A DNA stretch of 61,321 nt, the filler included. It is 9 parts of 9 records of this genome, joined end to end, with 100 filler letters (N's around TTAATTAATTAA, not from the genome) between each part and the next. Parts side by side here need not be neighbours in the genome. Positions count along the whole stretch, not along the records: positions 40,758 to 49,097 come from SRR31147125_65770; positions 49,198 to 55,295 come from SRR31147125_65771; 7 more parts are not named here. One strand, written 5' to 3'. The notes under the pieces were generated by a model. The model made no database searches. It was given only the letters and a program-made list of their open reading frames with translations, and was not told where the DNA came from. Position numbers and translations under genes: made by a program. This document shows, one piece after another, positions 40,961 through 51,673 of the stretch. Position 1 is the stretch's first letter; each line of letters begins with the position of its first letter.

Positions 40961-42322
40961 ATGAAAAAGAAAAACAACATTTTTACCACACTCTCTGCCC
41001 TTTCCGTCGCAGCAACTATGTTTGCATTGCTAAATAGTTTTGTTTTTGTCTCACATGTTTTTGCAGACCACGCATATATCACCATCAATGACCCCATGCT
41101 TCGGAAAACGCCCGTGGCCATTCCGGATTTCAAACGTATGACCGGATCCGCGGAGGAGGGGGACGTGGGTAAAGATGCTGTGGAAATTTTGTCTGAAGCG
41201 TTGGCTTTTACCGGGTATCTAAAAATTATGGATTCCGGTGCGTTTCTTGATCGACCGGCTGAAAAGGGGATCACCGGATCAGACATTACTTACAAAAACT
41301 GGACCTCTATCGGAGCGGAGCTTTTGATCACCGGCGGCGTAGCGGCCCATGGCGGAAGCATTCGACTGGAGTTGCGATGTTTTGATACGTTCAAAGAATC
41401 CATACTGATCGGAAAAGCCTATACGGTAAGGGATCGTGGGAGCCTCCGAAAGGTGATCTATCTGTTTTGCTCTGAAATCTCCCTCGCTCTGACAGGGAAA
41501 AGAGGTGTTTTTGACAGCAAGCTTGCCTTCGTATCCAAGGTAAATGGTAATAAAGAGATCTTCACCTGTGATTTCGATGGCCGGAATATCCGTCAGATCA
41601 CATCTCATCGAAGTATTTCCATGTCGCCGTCATGGTCTTCCGATGGTCAATATCTTGCGTATACCTCCTATGCCAAAGGCAACCCCGATCTTTATATCCA
41701 CTCTTTAAGAGAAGGTAAGGCCGTTGCAAATGTCAGAAAACCCGGAATGAACATCACTCCGGATTGGCTGCCTGACACCTTTGCTCTGGCTGCCACGTTA
41801 AGCTTTACCGGAGATCAGGATATTTACCTCATTCAAGGGGATGGGAGTGTCAAGGAACCGGCACTGACGCAAAGTTGGGGCATCGATGTCTCTCCCACCT
41901 TTTCTCCGGATGGAAAACGGTTTGCCTTTGTTTCCAAACGGTCCGGAACCCCTCAGATATTTGTTAAAGACATGACCACGGGAGGGGTAACCAGAGTAAC
42001 GTTTCAGGGCGGTTACAACACCTCTCCGTCATGGTCTCCGGAGGGAGATCAGATTGCTTATGTGGGGGTTGTGAAAAATGAAATTGATATTTATGTGATT
42101 GATGTCGCCGGCGGGGTGCCGCTTCAGCTGACTCGGGGACAGGGCGATAACGAAGATCCAACATGGTCACCCGATGGAAGTCTCATTGCATTTAGTTCCA
42201 CGCGAGAGGGACGGGCTAAAATTTATGTCATGAATCCCAAAGGCGGGGAGCCGCGTCGATTGATCGATTTTGATGGAGCTCAGACCGATCCCAACTGGTC
42301 TGACTCCATTGCGGGACGTTGA
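40961..42322 (+). CDS. tolB: Tol-Pal beta-propeller protein TolB
   Basis: Signal peptide, PVAIPDF, repeated P(S/T)(W/F)SPDG WD40-like units; upstream of pal. Confidence 0.95.
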   Translation: MKKKNNIFTTLSALSVAATMFALLNSFVFVSHVFADHAYITINDPMLRKTPVAIPDFKRMTGSAEEGDVGKDAVEILSEALAFTGYLKIMDSGAFLDRPAEKGITGSDITYKNWTSIGAELLITGGVAAHGGSIRLELRCFDTFKESILIGKAYTVRDRGSLRKVIYLFCSEISLALTGKRGVFDSKLAFVSKVNGNKEIFTCDFDGRNIRQITSHRSISMSPSWSSDGQYLAYTSYAKGNPDLYIHSLREGKAVANVRKPGMNITPDWLPDTFALAATLSFTGDQDIYLIQGDGSVKEPALTQSWGIDVSPTFSPDGKRFAFVSKRSGTPQIFVKDMTTGGVTRVTFQGGYNTSPSWSPEGDQIAYVGVVKNEIDIYVIDVAGGVPLQLTRGQGDNEDPTWSPDGSLIAFSSTREGRAKIYVMNPKGGEPRRLIDFDGAQTDPNWSDSIAGR

Positions 42323-42374
42323 TATTAAGGTTGAGATAAAGAACGGATTACTACTTTTAGATTTAGGAGGACGT

Positions 42375-42970
42375 ATGAAAAAGAGCGTGTTGAGTGTTAC
42401 ATTGATGCTGTTGATGATGGCCGGAATGCTGTTTACAACCTCTTGTGCCAAAAAAACGATTCATTCCGATGCAACAAGCAGTGGTGAAAAAGCCCTCACT
42501 CAGGAAGAGATCGCTGCCCGGGAGGCGGCAAAAAAGCTGAAGAGATGGCTAAACAACAAAAGGCCATTGAAGAGCAGCGCCTGAAAGACGAGGTCATGCG
42601 CAAACAACAGACCGCCGAAGAAGAGGCGGCCAAAGCGCAGTTTGAAAATAAGGATATTCCCTTTGATTATGACAGCTCTGAGCTGACACCCATGGCCAGG
42701 ATGATATTGAAAGAAAAAGCGGAGTGGCTCTCTACACATACCTATGCGGCGGTCACCATTGAGGGGCATTGTGATGAGCGGGGAACAACGGAATACAACC
42801 TGGCTCTTGGTGAAAAACGGGCATTGGCGGCCAAGCGCTATCTTCAGGACCTGGGCGTCACCGGAAATCGGATGGCCACCATCAGCTATGGTGAGGAAAA
42901 ACCGTTGGTTGAAGGAAATGATGAGGCCTCTTGGGCTAAAAACCGACGGGCGCATTTCGTCATCCGTTAA
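42375..42970 (+). CDS. pal: Peptidoglycan-associated lipoprotein (one indel)
   Basis: Lipobox FTTSC; indel in the A6 run 42530-42535; FDYDS, IEGHCDERGTTEYNLALGEKRA, ISYGEE, NRRA. Confidence 0.95.
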
Positions 42971-42988
42971 TGATTGCAACCAAAGGGT

Positions 42989-43855
42989 ATGATGATGAAA
43001 ACATGCACTTTGCTGAAATTGATGCTTCTGAGTTTGGCGCTATTGTTGACCGGTTGTGTTTCCAGCCAGGAGTATGCCGTATTGGAACAGCGTGTGGCTT
43101 CGCTTGAGTCGGAAAACCTCTCTTTGAAAGAAAAGACAAACTCCCATGCCAATAAATTGGCTGTGGATTTTGTTGAGCTTGAAGCGGGGGTTGGAGATGT
43201 TCAAAGCGAGCAGCGGGAAAAATACGCTGAGCTCAAATCCACCATTGATTCCTTGAAAAACGAGATGCGCCTGTTGCAAGGACAGATTGAAGAGTCGGAA
43301 TACCGGCTTTCTCAAAATGGCGGGGGCATGTCGGATGCCATGGAAATAAACCGCCTTGACAATGCCGTCTCCATGAATTACAAACGACTGCTCAGGCTTG
43401 AAAAACATCTGAAGCTGGAACCGCTTCCTGATGATTCTGAATCGGGAACAAATTCGGCGCTTCTGAGTCCGACACCCGATCAGATGGATGCTGATGCCCT
43501 GTATGATATGGCAAAATCTCAGCTGGATCTGGGCAAGAATGAGGAAGCAAGAAAAAACTTTGAGTTGTTCATCAAACGATTTCCAAAATCCACCAATGCC
43601 GATAATGCCAGGTTTTGGATTGCCGATAGCTATTATCGAGATAAATGGTATGAAAAGGCGATTCTGGAATATCAGCGGGTGGTTGAAGAGTATCCCAAGG
43701 GAAACAAAGTGACGGCGGCGATTTTGAAGCAGGGATATTCATTTGCCAAACTTGGAGAAAAGGGGAATGCAAAATTGATTCTGAAAGATTTGATTCAGAA
43801 GTATCCCCGGAGTCAGGAAGCAAAAATTGCCAAGGATAAACTCAAATCCCTTTAA
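42989..43855 (+). CDS. cpoB: Tol-Pal system TPR protein CpoB/YbgF
   Basis: Lipobox LTGC, coiled coil, TPRs (ADNARFW, AILEY, YPKGNK); follows pal. Confidence 0.9.
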   Translation: MMMKTCTLLKLMLLSLALLLTGCVSSQEYAVLEQRVASLESENLSLKEKTNSHANKLAVDFVELEAGVGDVQSEQREKYAELKSTIDSLKNEMRLLQGQIEESEYRLSQNGGGMSDAMEINRLDNAVSMNYKRLLRLEKHLKLEPLPDDSESGTNSALLSPTPDQMDADALYDMAKSQLDLGKNEEARKNFELFIKRFPKSTNADNARFWIADSYYRDKWYEKAILEYQRVVEEYPKGNKVTAAILKQGYSFAKLGEKGNAKLILKDLIQKYPRSQEAKIAKDKLKSL

Positions 43856-44345
43856 GCGATTTAAGGTCGTTGGGATCGATCCCGGGCTTGCAGGTACGGG
43901 AATCGGCGTAGTGCAGGGGGATGGGGGGCAGGTGTCGGGATACTCATTTGGAAATATTCAAACCGATAAAGAAATCCCGCTTTGCCGGCGCCTTGAGAAG
44001 ATTTATTCCCAAACGGTGAGTTTTCTCCAGGAACAATCCCCGGACTTGGTGGTACTGGAGGATATCTTTTCCCTGAAAAAGTACCCGGGATCCGGCATTA
44101 CCCTTGGGAAAGTCACCGGTGTGTTGCTGCTGGCTGCCTGCCAATCCGGGGCTTCTACGGATGAAATATCCGTTCGGGAGGCAAAAAAAGTGATTTCCGG
44201 TAGTGGAAATGCCGATAAACATCAGGTGGAAAGAGCGGTCAGGCATTATCTTAACCATCCGGAACCCATTCGGCCCTTTCACGCTTCAGATGCATTGGCT
44301 TTGGCCATTGCCGGTTTTCATCGATATGGTAGAAGGTGTAAATGA
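43827..44345 (+). CDS. ruvC: Holliday junction resolvase RuvC
   Basis: GIDPG, VVLE, GSGNADK, DALALA; start uncertain. Confidence 0.95.
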   Translation: MPRINSNPFKRFKVVGIDPGLAGTGIGVVQGDGGQVSGYSFGNIQTDKEIPLCRRLEKIYSQTVSFLQEQSPDLVVLEDIFSLKKYPGSGITLGKVTGVLLLAACQSGASTDEISVREAKKVISGSGNADKHQVERAVRHYLNHPEPIRPFHASDALALAIAGFHRYGRRCK

Positions 44346-45007
44346 TCGGATATATTGAAGGGCAAGTGATGAAGGTCGTGCAGGACGGCATTCTTCTTCT
44401 TGCCGGACAGATAGGCTATGAGATTTTACTTCCCGTGGTCAATTTTGAAGCCGTTTCTGCTGTGGACTCGGAAGAAACGTTATCCCTTCACATCTATTAT
44501 TACCAGACGGAGCGGCAGCCTAAACCGGTGCTGATCGGCTTTCATTCCGAAGAGGAAAAGGCTTTTTTTCAGCTCTTCATCACAGTGGATGCCATCGGAC
44601 CGTTAAAAGCGGTGAAAGCCATGGAAAGACCGGTGGGTGAGATTGCAAGAGCCATTGAAAGTAAGGATATTGCATTTTTATCCGGCCTTAAAGGTATTGG
44701 GAAAAGAACGGCCCAGAAGATTGTCGCCGCATTGCATGGCAAAGTCTCTCAGTTCGTGACTGCCGTTGCCGAGGGAGGGGCTCAAGGGGAAACGACCCGG
44801 GAGGGTCATGCCTTTGTCCCAACGCCAGACGTACCGGAGATCTCCCAAAATATGAAGGCCGTTTCCCAACAGGTTGTGGATGTTTTGGTAGAGCAATTGG
44901 GCTATACTGCTGCCGTGGCTAGAAGGATGGTTGGTATTGCCCTTGAGAACAATCACTCCATCCTAACTCCGGAGCAACTGTTTGATGCGGTGTTGCAGCA
45001 GAGGTGA
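44342..45007 (+). CDS. ruvA: Holliday junction DNA-binding protein RuvA
   Basis: MIGYIEG, IGYEI, HhH motifs VDAIGP and KGIGKRTA; between ruvC and ruvB. Confidence 0.92.
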   Translation: MIGYIEGQVMKVVQDGILLLAGQIGYEILLPVVNFEAVSAVDSEETLSLHIYYYQTERQPKPVLIGFHSEEEKAFFQLFITVDAIGPLKAVKAMERPVGEIARAIESKDIAFLSGLKGIGKRTAQKIVAALHGKVSQFVTAVAEGGAQGETTREGHAFVPTPDVPEISQNMKAVSQQVVDVLVEQLGYTAAVARRMVGIALENNHSILTPEQLFDAVLQQR

Positions 45008-45049
45008 TGGGTGAAACAGGCTTGCAAAGGGGGGCGCTGGGCATAATCC

Positions 45050-46110
45050 ATGAGTGATTCAATCCTCTCATTTTCCACAGAAAACAAAGATGGTTCTTCA
45101 GGATCATCCTCACTTGTCTCTCCTTCAAAATTACCCGTGGATACCGAACCTGATACCGGGGCGTTACGACCGGAGACATTTGAAGACTACGTTGGACAGG
45201 CTGAGACGGTGGAGACCCTTAAAATTGCCATTGAAGCGGCAAAGTTAAGGGGGAATCCCTGGATCATGTGTTGCTTCACGGACCTCCCGGTTTGGGAAAG
45301 ACGACCATTTCCCATATCATTGCCAACGAAATGGGCGGACACCTGACAGTGACATCCGGGCCTGCCCTTGAAAAAGGTGGGGATTTACTTGGAATGCTCA
45401 CCAATCTGGGCGATGGCGATTTTCTGTTTATTGATGAAATTCACAGAATCCCCAAAGCGGTTGAAGAGTTTCTCTACCCTGCCATGGAGGATTATGCCGT
45501 CGATTTTGTCTTTGACAAGGGGCTTCACGCCAGAAGTCATCGATATCGGTTAAAGCACTTCTCCCTTGTCGGGGCCACCACAAGGGTGGGACTGCTCTCA
45601 TCCCCACTGCGAGACCGATTCGGGATTTTTAGAAGTCTCGATTTCTACTCCATCGAGCAGCTCATTATCATTATTAAGCGCTCTTCCAAACTGCTGAATG
45701 TGCCCATGGATAATGTGGCCGCCGTTGAGCTGGCAAAACGATCCAGAGGAACGCCGAGGATTGCCAACAGGCTTCTCAAGCGGGTAAGAGATTATGCACA
45801 AGTGAGATCCAAGGGGAAAATCACTCTGGAGAGTGTGAAGGCGTCTCTTTCCCTTGAAGGGATTGATGAGAAGGGATTGACGCCTTTGGATCGAAATTAT
45901 CTCAAAACCATCATTGAGTTCTACAGTGGTGGCCCTGTGGGAATCGAAGCGGTGTCTGCCACTTTACAGGAAGAGACGGATACGTTGGTGGATGTGGTCG
46001 AGCCCTACCTTCTCAAATGCGGGTTGGTATTGCGGACATCCTCCGGACGCAAGGCGTCTGTTTCCGCATATGAGCATTTGAGGATTCCTTGTCAGCGGGA
46101 GTTGTTTTAA
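45050..46110 (+). CDS. ruvB: Holliday junction helicase RuvB (one indel)
   Basis: [12 protein letters not shown] joins via the G5 run 45249-45253 to [32 protein letters not shown]. Confidence 0.96.
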
Positions 46111-46177
46111 TCGAATGGGAGGGGGGCGGAATAAAACAAGAGCTTGTGTATATGAGCATGGGGGAAGAGGCTCCCGT

Positions 46178-47431
46178 ATGAGAGCCCGTATTCGTCGATC
46201 AAGTTTTTGTATTTTCTTTTTGTGTTGGGTGGTTACTTTTTCATCCGTATCTGCCCGGGAGGTTCCGGCTTCATTAATTAAGTTACCGGAAGGGGATACT
46301 TCAGCGATTCTTGTGGCAAAGAAAAGTCAGAGGCTGAAAGTCTATCGGAAGAGCGCCGACTCCAATTTGTTTGTGACTGTTTTTGAGACGGATTGCTCGA
46401 CAGGTGAGGTATACGGGCGTAAAGGGGTTGAAGGAGATAAAAAGACACCGGAAGGCGTCTATTTCATAAAGAAGATCTTTGAAGATCGCTATTTGACTCC
46501 CATCTACGGAAAACGCGCTTTTACGACGGATTATCCCAACATTATGGACACAAAACTGGGACGAACCGGAAGCGCTATTTGGATTCACGGAACCAATCGA
46601 CCGCTTAAGCCCATGGATTCCAATGGGTGTGTTGCCATGAGAAATAAAGATGTGGTGAAGTTGGATGCCCATATCCGGCCTGATCTCACCCCCATCATTT
46701 TTGCTGAAGAAATTGAATGCCGCTCTATGACGGAGATTGAAACTGAGCGAGCGATGCTTTTAGACTTTTTGAGTCGGTGGTGTCAAACAATCAACACAGG
46801 GCGCTTTGACGAACTGCTTCAATTTTACCAGGATGCAGACCCACCTGATGCTGACGGATGGGTGGCATGGGAGAGTACTCGAGCATCATCCGGTGTCATT
46901 GTAGATACTGATCGAGTCGGGATTTATCGGCAGGGAGAGCAATTGGTGATGCTGTTTGACTTATTGGTAATGGGTGCCGACGTTGAAGATGTCCAAAATG
47001 AACAAGAGGGTCAAAACAGCATTTCCATCGGCAGGCGAAAATGGTTTCTTGCTCCCACGCCCATCAGTGAAACCGAAGATGCTCTTGAAACAGTAAATGT
47101 TGGTTTTGTTGGTTTAACACCCGTCAACAAAAATACACGCCCAACAAACCCAATATCGGAAGATAGATTGTTGAATGACCCAACAGAGTACTGTCCAGGT
47201 GATCCAAATTGGAAAACAGTGTTGATTAATGAAGAAAACGAAGTGAATGATGAGGCGGGATCACCCAATATCAAAAATGCCTCCATTGGAGTTGACGTAC
47301 CATTCTTTCATATTGTTGCAGATCACTACCAGGTCCTTTCCCTCCCCGTTAAGCCTGGTGAAACGCCTTTGATTTCAGGGGCCGACAAACTCCGTAGGGA
47401 GATGTTGGCCGCTGCCGAGGGTAAAAAATGA
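46178..47431 (+). CDS. L,D-transpeptidase (YkuD) family protein with C-terminal extension
   Basis: Signal peptide, GDKKTPEGVY, DYPN, IWIHG...SNGCV. Confidence 0.9.
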   Translation: MRARIRRSSFCIFFLCWVVTFSSVSAREVPASLIKLPEGDTSAILVAKKSQRLKVYRKSADSNLFVTVFETDCSTGEVYGRKGVEGDKKTPEGVYFIKKIFEDRYLTPIYGKRAFTTDYPNIMDTKLGRTGSAIWIHGTNRPLKPMDSNGCVAMRNKDVVKLDAHIRPDLTPIIFAEEIECRSMTEIETERAMLLDFLSRWCQTINTGRFDELLQFYQDADPPDADGWVAWESTRASSGVIVDTDRVGIYRQGEQLVMLFDLLVMGADVEDVQNEQEGQNSISIGRRKWFLAPTPISETEDALETVNVGFVGLTPVNKNTRPTNPISEDRLLNDPTEYCPGDPNWKTVLINEENEVNDEAGSPNIKNASIGVDVPFFHIVADHYQVLSLPVKPGETPLISGADKLRREMLAAAEGKK

Positions 47432-47496
47432 TCTTGACATCGTGACCACGATAGGGTAATAACTCCAAATTATTTTTTTTAACAGGAGATGACGAA

Positions 47497-47931
47497 TTGA
47501 AGAAATATACGTATAGTGCAAAAAGATCCGATAACAAAGAAAAATGGTGTGTTATCGATGCAAAGGATAAGGTTTTAGGGCGTGTTGCTACCGAGGTGGC
47601 AGCGCGTATTCGCGGTAAACATAATCCGCTTTTTACACCCCATGTGGATACCGGCGATTGGGTCATTGTTTTGAATGCCGATAAAGTGCGGTTAACCGGA
47701 AACAAATGGTCTCAGAAAACCTATTACAGACATACCGGTTACATAGGAGGAATCAAATCCATAACTGCCAAAGAGCTTCTTGAAAAAAAACCGGAAGAGC
47801 TGATCAGAAAAGCGGTTAGAGGTATGCTTCCGAAAAACAGACTTGGAAGAAAGCTCAACACGAAGTTGTTTGTTTATATCGGTGATGAGCATCCCCATGC
47901 CGCACAGAAACCGGAAGTTCTTGAGATTTAA
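47497..47931 (+). CDS. rplM: 50S ribosomal protein L13
   Basis: LGRVA, RGKH..FTPHVDTGD, YYRHTGY, GMLPKN; TTG start after AGGAG. Confidence 0.98.
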   Translation: MKKYTYSAKRSDNKEKWCVIDAKDKVLGRVATEVAARIRGKHNPLFTPHVDTGDWVIVLNADKVRLTGNKWSQKTYYRHTGYIGGIKSITAKELLEKKPEELIRKAVRGMLPKNRLGRKLNTKLFVYIGDEHPHAAQKPEVLEI

Positions 47932-48041
47932 TATTATCTATAATGCCTAGGCAGGACTGACTGTCAAAACAACGATCACAAAAAAAATGCCGAAAGACAA
48001 AATCGGCATCTTTCTTATGTGAAATAAGGACAAGTTGATTT

Positions 48042-48437
48042 ATGGAAAGCGAAAATACATTCTATGCAACCGGCAAACGAAAAAGCTCTGTTGCAAAAAC
48101 ATGGTTAAAACCCGGTAGCGGTCAGATTACCGTAAATAAAAGACCTTTGAACGACTACTTTCCTCTGGAAACCGCTCGTGATCTTCTCTCCAGCCCTTTG
48201 GCATTGACTGAGAACGCGGATGCCTTTGATATCAATGTCACCGTACTGGGTGGGGGGATTATGGGACAGGCCGGTGCCGTACGTCACGGTATTGCCAAAG
48301 CACTGGTTCTTGCCGATCCTGAGCTTCGCGGCGTTCTTAAAAAAGCGGGTCTGTTGACGCGTGATGCCAGAATTAAAGAACGTAAGAAATACGGTCAAAA
48401 AGGTGCAAGGGCCAATTATCAGTTTTCAAAAAGATAA
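48042..48437 (+). CDS. rpsI: 30S ribosomal protein S9
   Basis: [33 protein letters not shown]. Confidence 0.98.
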   Translation: MESENTFYATGKRKSSVAKTWLKPGSGQITVNKRPLNDYFPLETARDLLSSPLALTENADAFDINVTVLGGGIMGQAGAVRHGIAKALVLADPELRGVLKKAGLLTRDARIKERKKYGQKGARANYQFSKR

Positions 48438-48462
48438 TTTGTCGTTTGACATTCTATTTGCT

Positions 48463-48501
48463 GAAAAGGGGACGGGTGATTTTTTACCTTGTCCCCTTTT
48501 C
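48463..48501 (+). terminator. Intrinsic terminator after rpsI
   Basis: GAAAAGGGGAC...GTCCCCTTTTC stem. Confidence 0.8.
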
Positions 48502-48528
48502 TATTTGTCGTCTTGAAAGAGATGGATT

Positions 48529-49097
48529 ATGACTTCTACTTACCTGTTTTATGATCTCGAAACCTCAGGATTGAGTCCTTACTTTGATCAAATCCTCACT
48601 TTTGCCGCCATTCGAACCGATTTTGATCTTAATGAGATCGAGCGCTATGAGTTGACACTGAACCTCAGACCGGACATCGTACCATCCCCTGGGGCGTTCA
48701 TTACCCATCGCCTCACCATGGATGAGCTGAAGAAAGGCATCTCCGAATATGATGCTGCTTGTACCATTCACGAAATCGTCAATACGCCCGGTACAATTTC
48801 CCTTGGCTATAATACCCTTGGATTTGATGATGCGTTTCTCAGGTTCATGTTTTACGGAATCTTCTCGATCCTTATAAACATCAATATGCAGATGGATGTC
48901 GTCGCATGGACATTCTTCCCATCGCGACCTTATATCGGGTGTTTAAGCCGGATGTTATTCATTGGCCGGAAGTGAGGGGGAATCCCTCCATGAAACTGGA
49001 GCTCATCAGTGAGTTGAATGCATTGGTCTCCGGCGGCCGTGCCCATGAGGCCATGACCGATGTAGAAGCAACGCTTGCTTTGGCGCGTCATCTAAAA
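48529..49097 (+). CDS. sbcB: Exodeoxyribonuclease I (one indel, 3' truncated)
   Basis: FYDLETSG, FAAIRTD, GYNTLGFDD; one missing base near 48855 restores YRNLLDPY...RMDI; AHEAMTDV. Confidence 0.9.
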
Positions 49098-49197
49098 NNN
49101 NNNNNNNNNNNNNNNNNNNNNNNNNNNNNNNNNNNNNNNNNTTAATTAATTAANNNNNNNNNNNNNNNNNNNNNNNNNNNNNNNNNNNNNNNNNNNN
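49098..49197. other. Artificial contig linker
   Basis: N44-TTAATTAATTAA-N44. Confidence 0.99.
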
Positions 49198-49305
49198 TTT
49201 TTCTGCAGCCTCGGCACCGTATGAGGTGACTGTCGGATCATGGGTATATTTATGGAGTTTAAAATTTATTTTTGCTCGTTTTGCCGTATTGATCGCCGGG
49301 GTCAT
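49198..49305 (-). CDS. ybaK: Cys-tRNA(Pro) deacylase YbaK, N-terminus (3' truncated)
   Basis: MTPAINTAK...HKYTHDP..SYGAEAAEK. Confidence 0.85.
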
Positions 49306-49342
49306 GGGGGCTCTTTTCCTTTTCAGTGGGGTTGAATGTTGG

Positions 49343-49480
49343 TCAATGTTTGGCTTTTTCAGCGGTCTTTTCGATCCACTTGCCGGCAGAGGATATATCT
49401 TGGCCAAGTCCTTTCATGGTGGCGCAACCCGCCATACCGATCAATGAAACAACCAATAAGATCAAAAGTGTACTTCTCAA
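49343..49480 (-). CDS. Entericidin A/B family lipoprotein
   Basis: AAGGAG then TTG start; lipobox MAGC followed by ATMKGLGQDISSAG. Confidence 0.85.
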   Translation of the reverse strand: MRSTLLILLVVSLIGMAGCATMKGLGQDISSAGKWIEKTAEKAKH

Positions 49481-49552
49481 TTTGGGGGGGCTCCTTACAT
49501 TGCAGCATTTCTGAATGGGTTCATAGTTTGATATGATGATTTGTTCACCCAT

Positions 49553-50644
49553 TTATAAATAAACCGATCTGATTTTTTCCGAGAGTCTCTTGGTCAAACC
49601 CAGCACTTTGACGGCAAGTTCGGGGCTTAACGCGCCTGTTCCGCAGCTGGGAGTGATCAGCGTTTGAGAAAGAATCTTATCCCCATCAACCCCCAACCCC
49701 TTCATCTGCTCAAATTGATCCTGCCATAACTCGAAAAGGCTCTCCTCCGACGCAGCCTCAACAGATTCGGGATTGGATGTGGGCACGATTCCCCAGGCAA
49801 GGATCCCTCCATTGAGGATGAATTTTTTCAGATGATCTCGATAAAGAATGACCCGGTCGAAAAATGAGAAGGCATCGAAATTGATGATATCGGTTCCCGA
49901 ATCCAGGGCAAGGGTCCAGTCGCCATTGGCGCAGATATGGATACCGGCAAGCCCGCCGGCCTGATGCACGGCATCGATGCATTCGGTCAAGGCATCGGTG
50001 ATCTGTTCCCGACTGATGCTGATGTATGTGGATGAGCCAAATCCCACCACTCCCGGCTCGTCAAAAAAGATGATGGGCTTGTTAGAGGCTCCCAGATCGG
50101 CAAGGGTCTTTACCTGCCATGCAGCATTCATGGCCACCTGTTTGATCACGATATCCCGCATGCGATCATCATAGAACAGCAGTTTTCCCGCCTCATCCTT
50201 CACCCCGATACCGACGGTGATGGGACCGGTCACCTGTCCTTTCACCGTCACCGGAACGGTGGGTAACCGGGGAATTGTCTTCATGAACACTGAAAATCCT
50301 CTCGCAGTCTCATCGGTGAGGGCAAATCGGCAGTTTTCCGGATCAAGGGTTTCCATAAATGCCATGTACGCCTCATAAAATGCCAGCATCTCCTCTTCAA
50401 ATGACGCTTTTTGGGTGTCGATGAAAAAGTCCTCTTCCTTACGACTCAGCCCCGGCATACCCAGGAGATACTGATAGAGCATCCCTTCTTCTTTGTAATA
50501 GGGGAGTTGAATCCACAAGGGGATCTCCGGCGTGTATTCCAGCATCAGGCGGGTCGCTTCCTCATGATCGGTCAACGGAAGGCTTCCCACCAGCAGGGGG
50601 AGGCAATTGGGGACAAAGGGATCTTGATGGGTGGAAGTGCTCAT
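49553..50644 (-). CDS. Standalone MetE catalytic-barrel methionine synthase (MesB-like)
   Basis: VGSLP, WIQLP, KGQVTGP, FFDEP, GIHIC (HxC), ITPSCG; about 363 aa, single barrel. Confidence 0.8.
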   Translation of the reverse strand: MSTSTHQDPFVPNCLPLLVGSLPLTDHEEATRLMLEYTPEIPLWIQLPYYKEEGMLYQYLLGMPGLSRKEEDFFIDTQKASFEEEMLAFYEAYMAFMETLDPENCRFALTDETARGFSVFMKTIPRLPTVPVTVKGQVTGPITVGIGVKDEAGKLLFYDDRMRDIVIKQVAMNAAWQVKTLADLGASNKPIIFFDEPGVVGFGSSTYISISREQITDALTECIDAVHQAGGLAGIHICANGDWTLALDSGTDIINFDAFSFFDRVILYRDHLKKFILNGGILAWGIVPTSNPESVEAASEESLFELWQDQFEQMKGLGVDGDKILSQTLITPSCGTGALSPELAVKVLGLTKRLSEKIRSVYL

Positions 50645-50859
50645 GTCGCTTCTCTTCTCCTTAACATTTGAGGGATAAGGCTGATATTCAGTCATCCCGA
50701 ATCATGAAAACAGCAGCTGTTTTCTTGGTAAAAAGCGTTAAAAGGGTCGATAATCATTGACTATTCAGACGCTTTTTTTTATTTAGATCACTCATTGTTT
50801 AAAATAGCAGTGAAATGTGTATCACTTTTTGGCTATCAACCTCAAGGAGATGTCGTACT

Positions 50860-51673
50860 TTGAATATCGTTGTTTGTATGGATGATACCGATAACCTGGA
50901 GAGTCCAGGGACCGGAAGACTGGCACAAAAAATGGCGGACGCCCTTGAAGCAAAGGGGTGGGGGCGCTGCAGTCGGGTGACCCGGCATCAGCTGTTCGTT
51001 CATGAGAATATTCCCTATACCTCCCATAACAGCGCCATGTGTTTTGAGGCTGTCGTGGATTCGGCAAGTGTTGAGGATATCATCGGATATGGAGAAGTGT
51101 TTTTATTGGAAAACAGCGCAGAAGGGTCGGATCCCGGCCTTTGTGTGACGGTCAATGACAAGACGTTGGATCAGGAAAAATTGATTCAGTTTGGGATCAG
51201 TGCTAAAAAAAGTGTCCTCTCCAAAAAGAGTGCTTATGAACTTGCCCGGGAGCTTGGAATTCATCTTTCCGAGCACGGGGGCACCGGAGACGGCGTTATC
51301 GGGGCGGTGGCCGGTACCGGGCTGAGGCTATCGGGGAACGATGGGCGGTATCGAGGGTGGTATCATTTTGGACGCGCTGGTGAGGGCGTTCGAGTGGAGA
51401 CGCTATGCAGCCATGATTTTATCGATTCCGTGGAAACCCATGACGGGCTGCGCTTGGATGGCGATGAGGAGGTGATTCTGGGAGGGGAGCAACTCAAAGT
51501 GATCTATCGGCATCGGCGTCAGGTCGTGCTGGTGGAGAACGGTACGCCCCTCAATGGGGGGAGAGAACAATGGAACCGGCAAGCACAGGAATCGAATTGA
51601 TCTTGAGGGCTCATCCATTGATAGTTCTTCGCCTTGGCGGACACTCTCAAAAGAAGAAGTGAAGATTTACTAG
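50860..51673 (+). CDS. Standalone protein resembling the TiaS N-terminal/DUF1743-like domain (one indel)
   Basis: AAGGAG then TTG; MDDTD...GTG, RHQL, IPYTSHNSAMC, SDPGLC, HGGTGDGVIGA; indel in the G6 run 51556-51561 extends the frame to PWRTLSKEEVKIY-stop. Confidence 0.7.
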
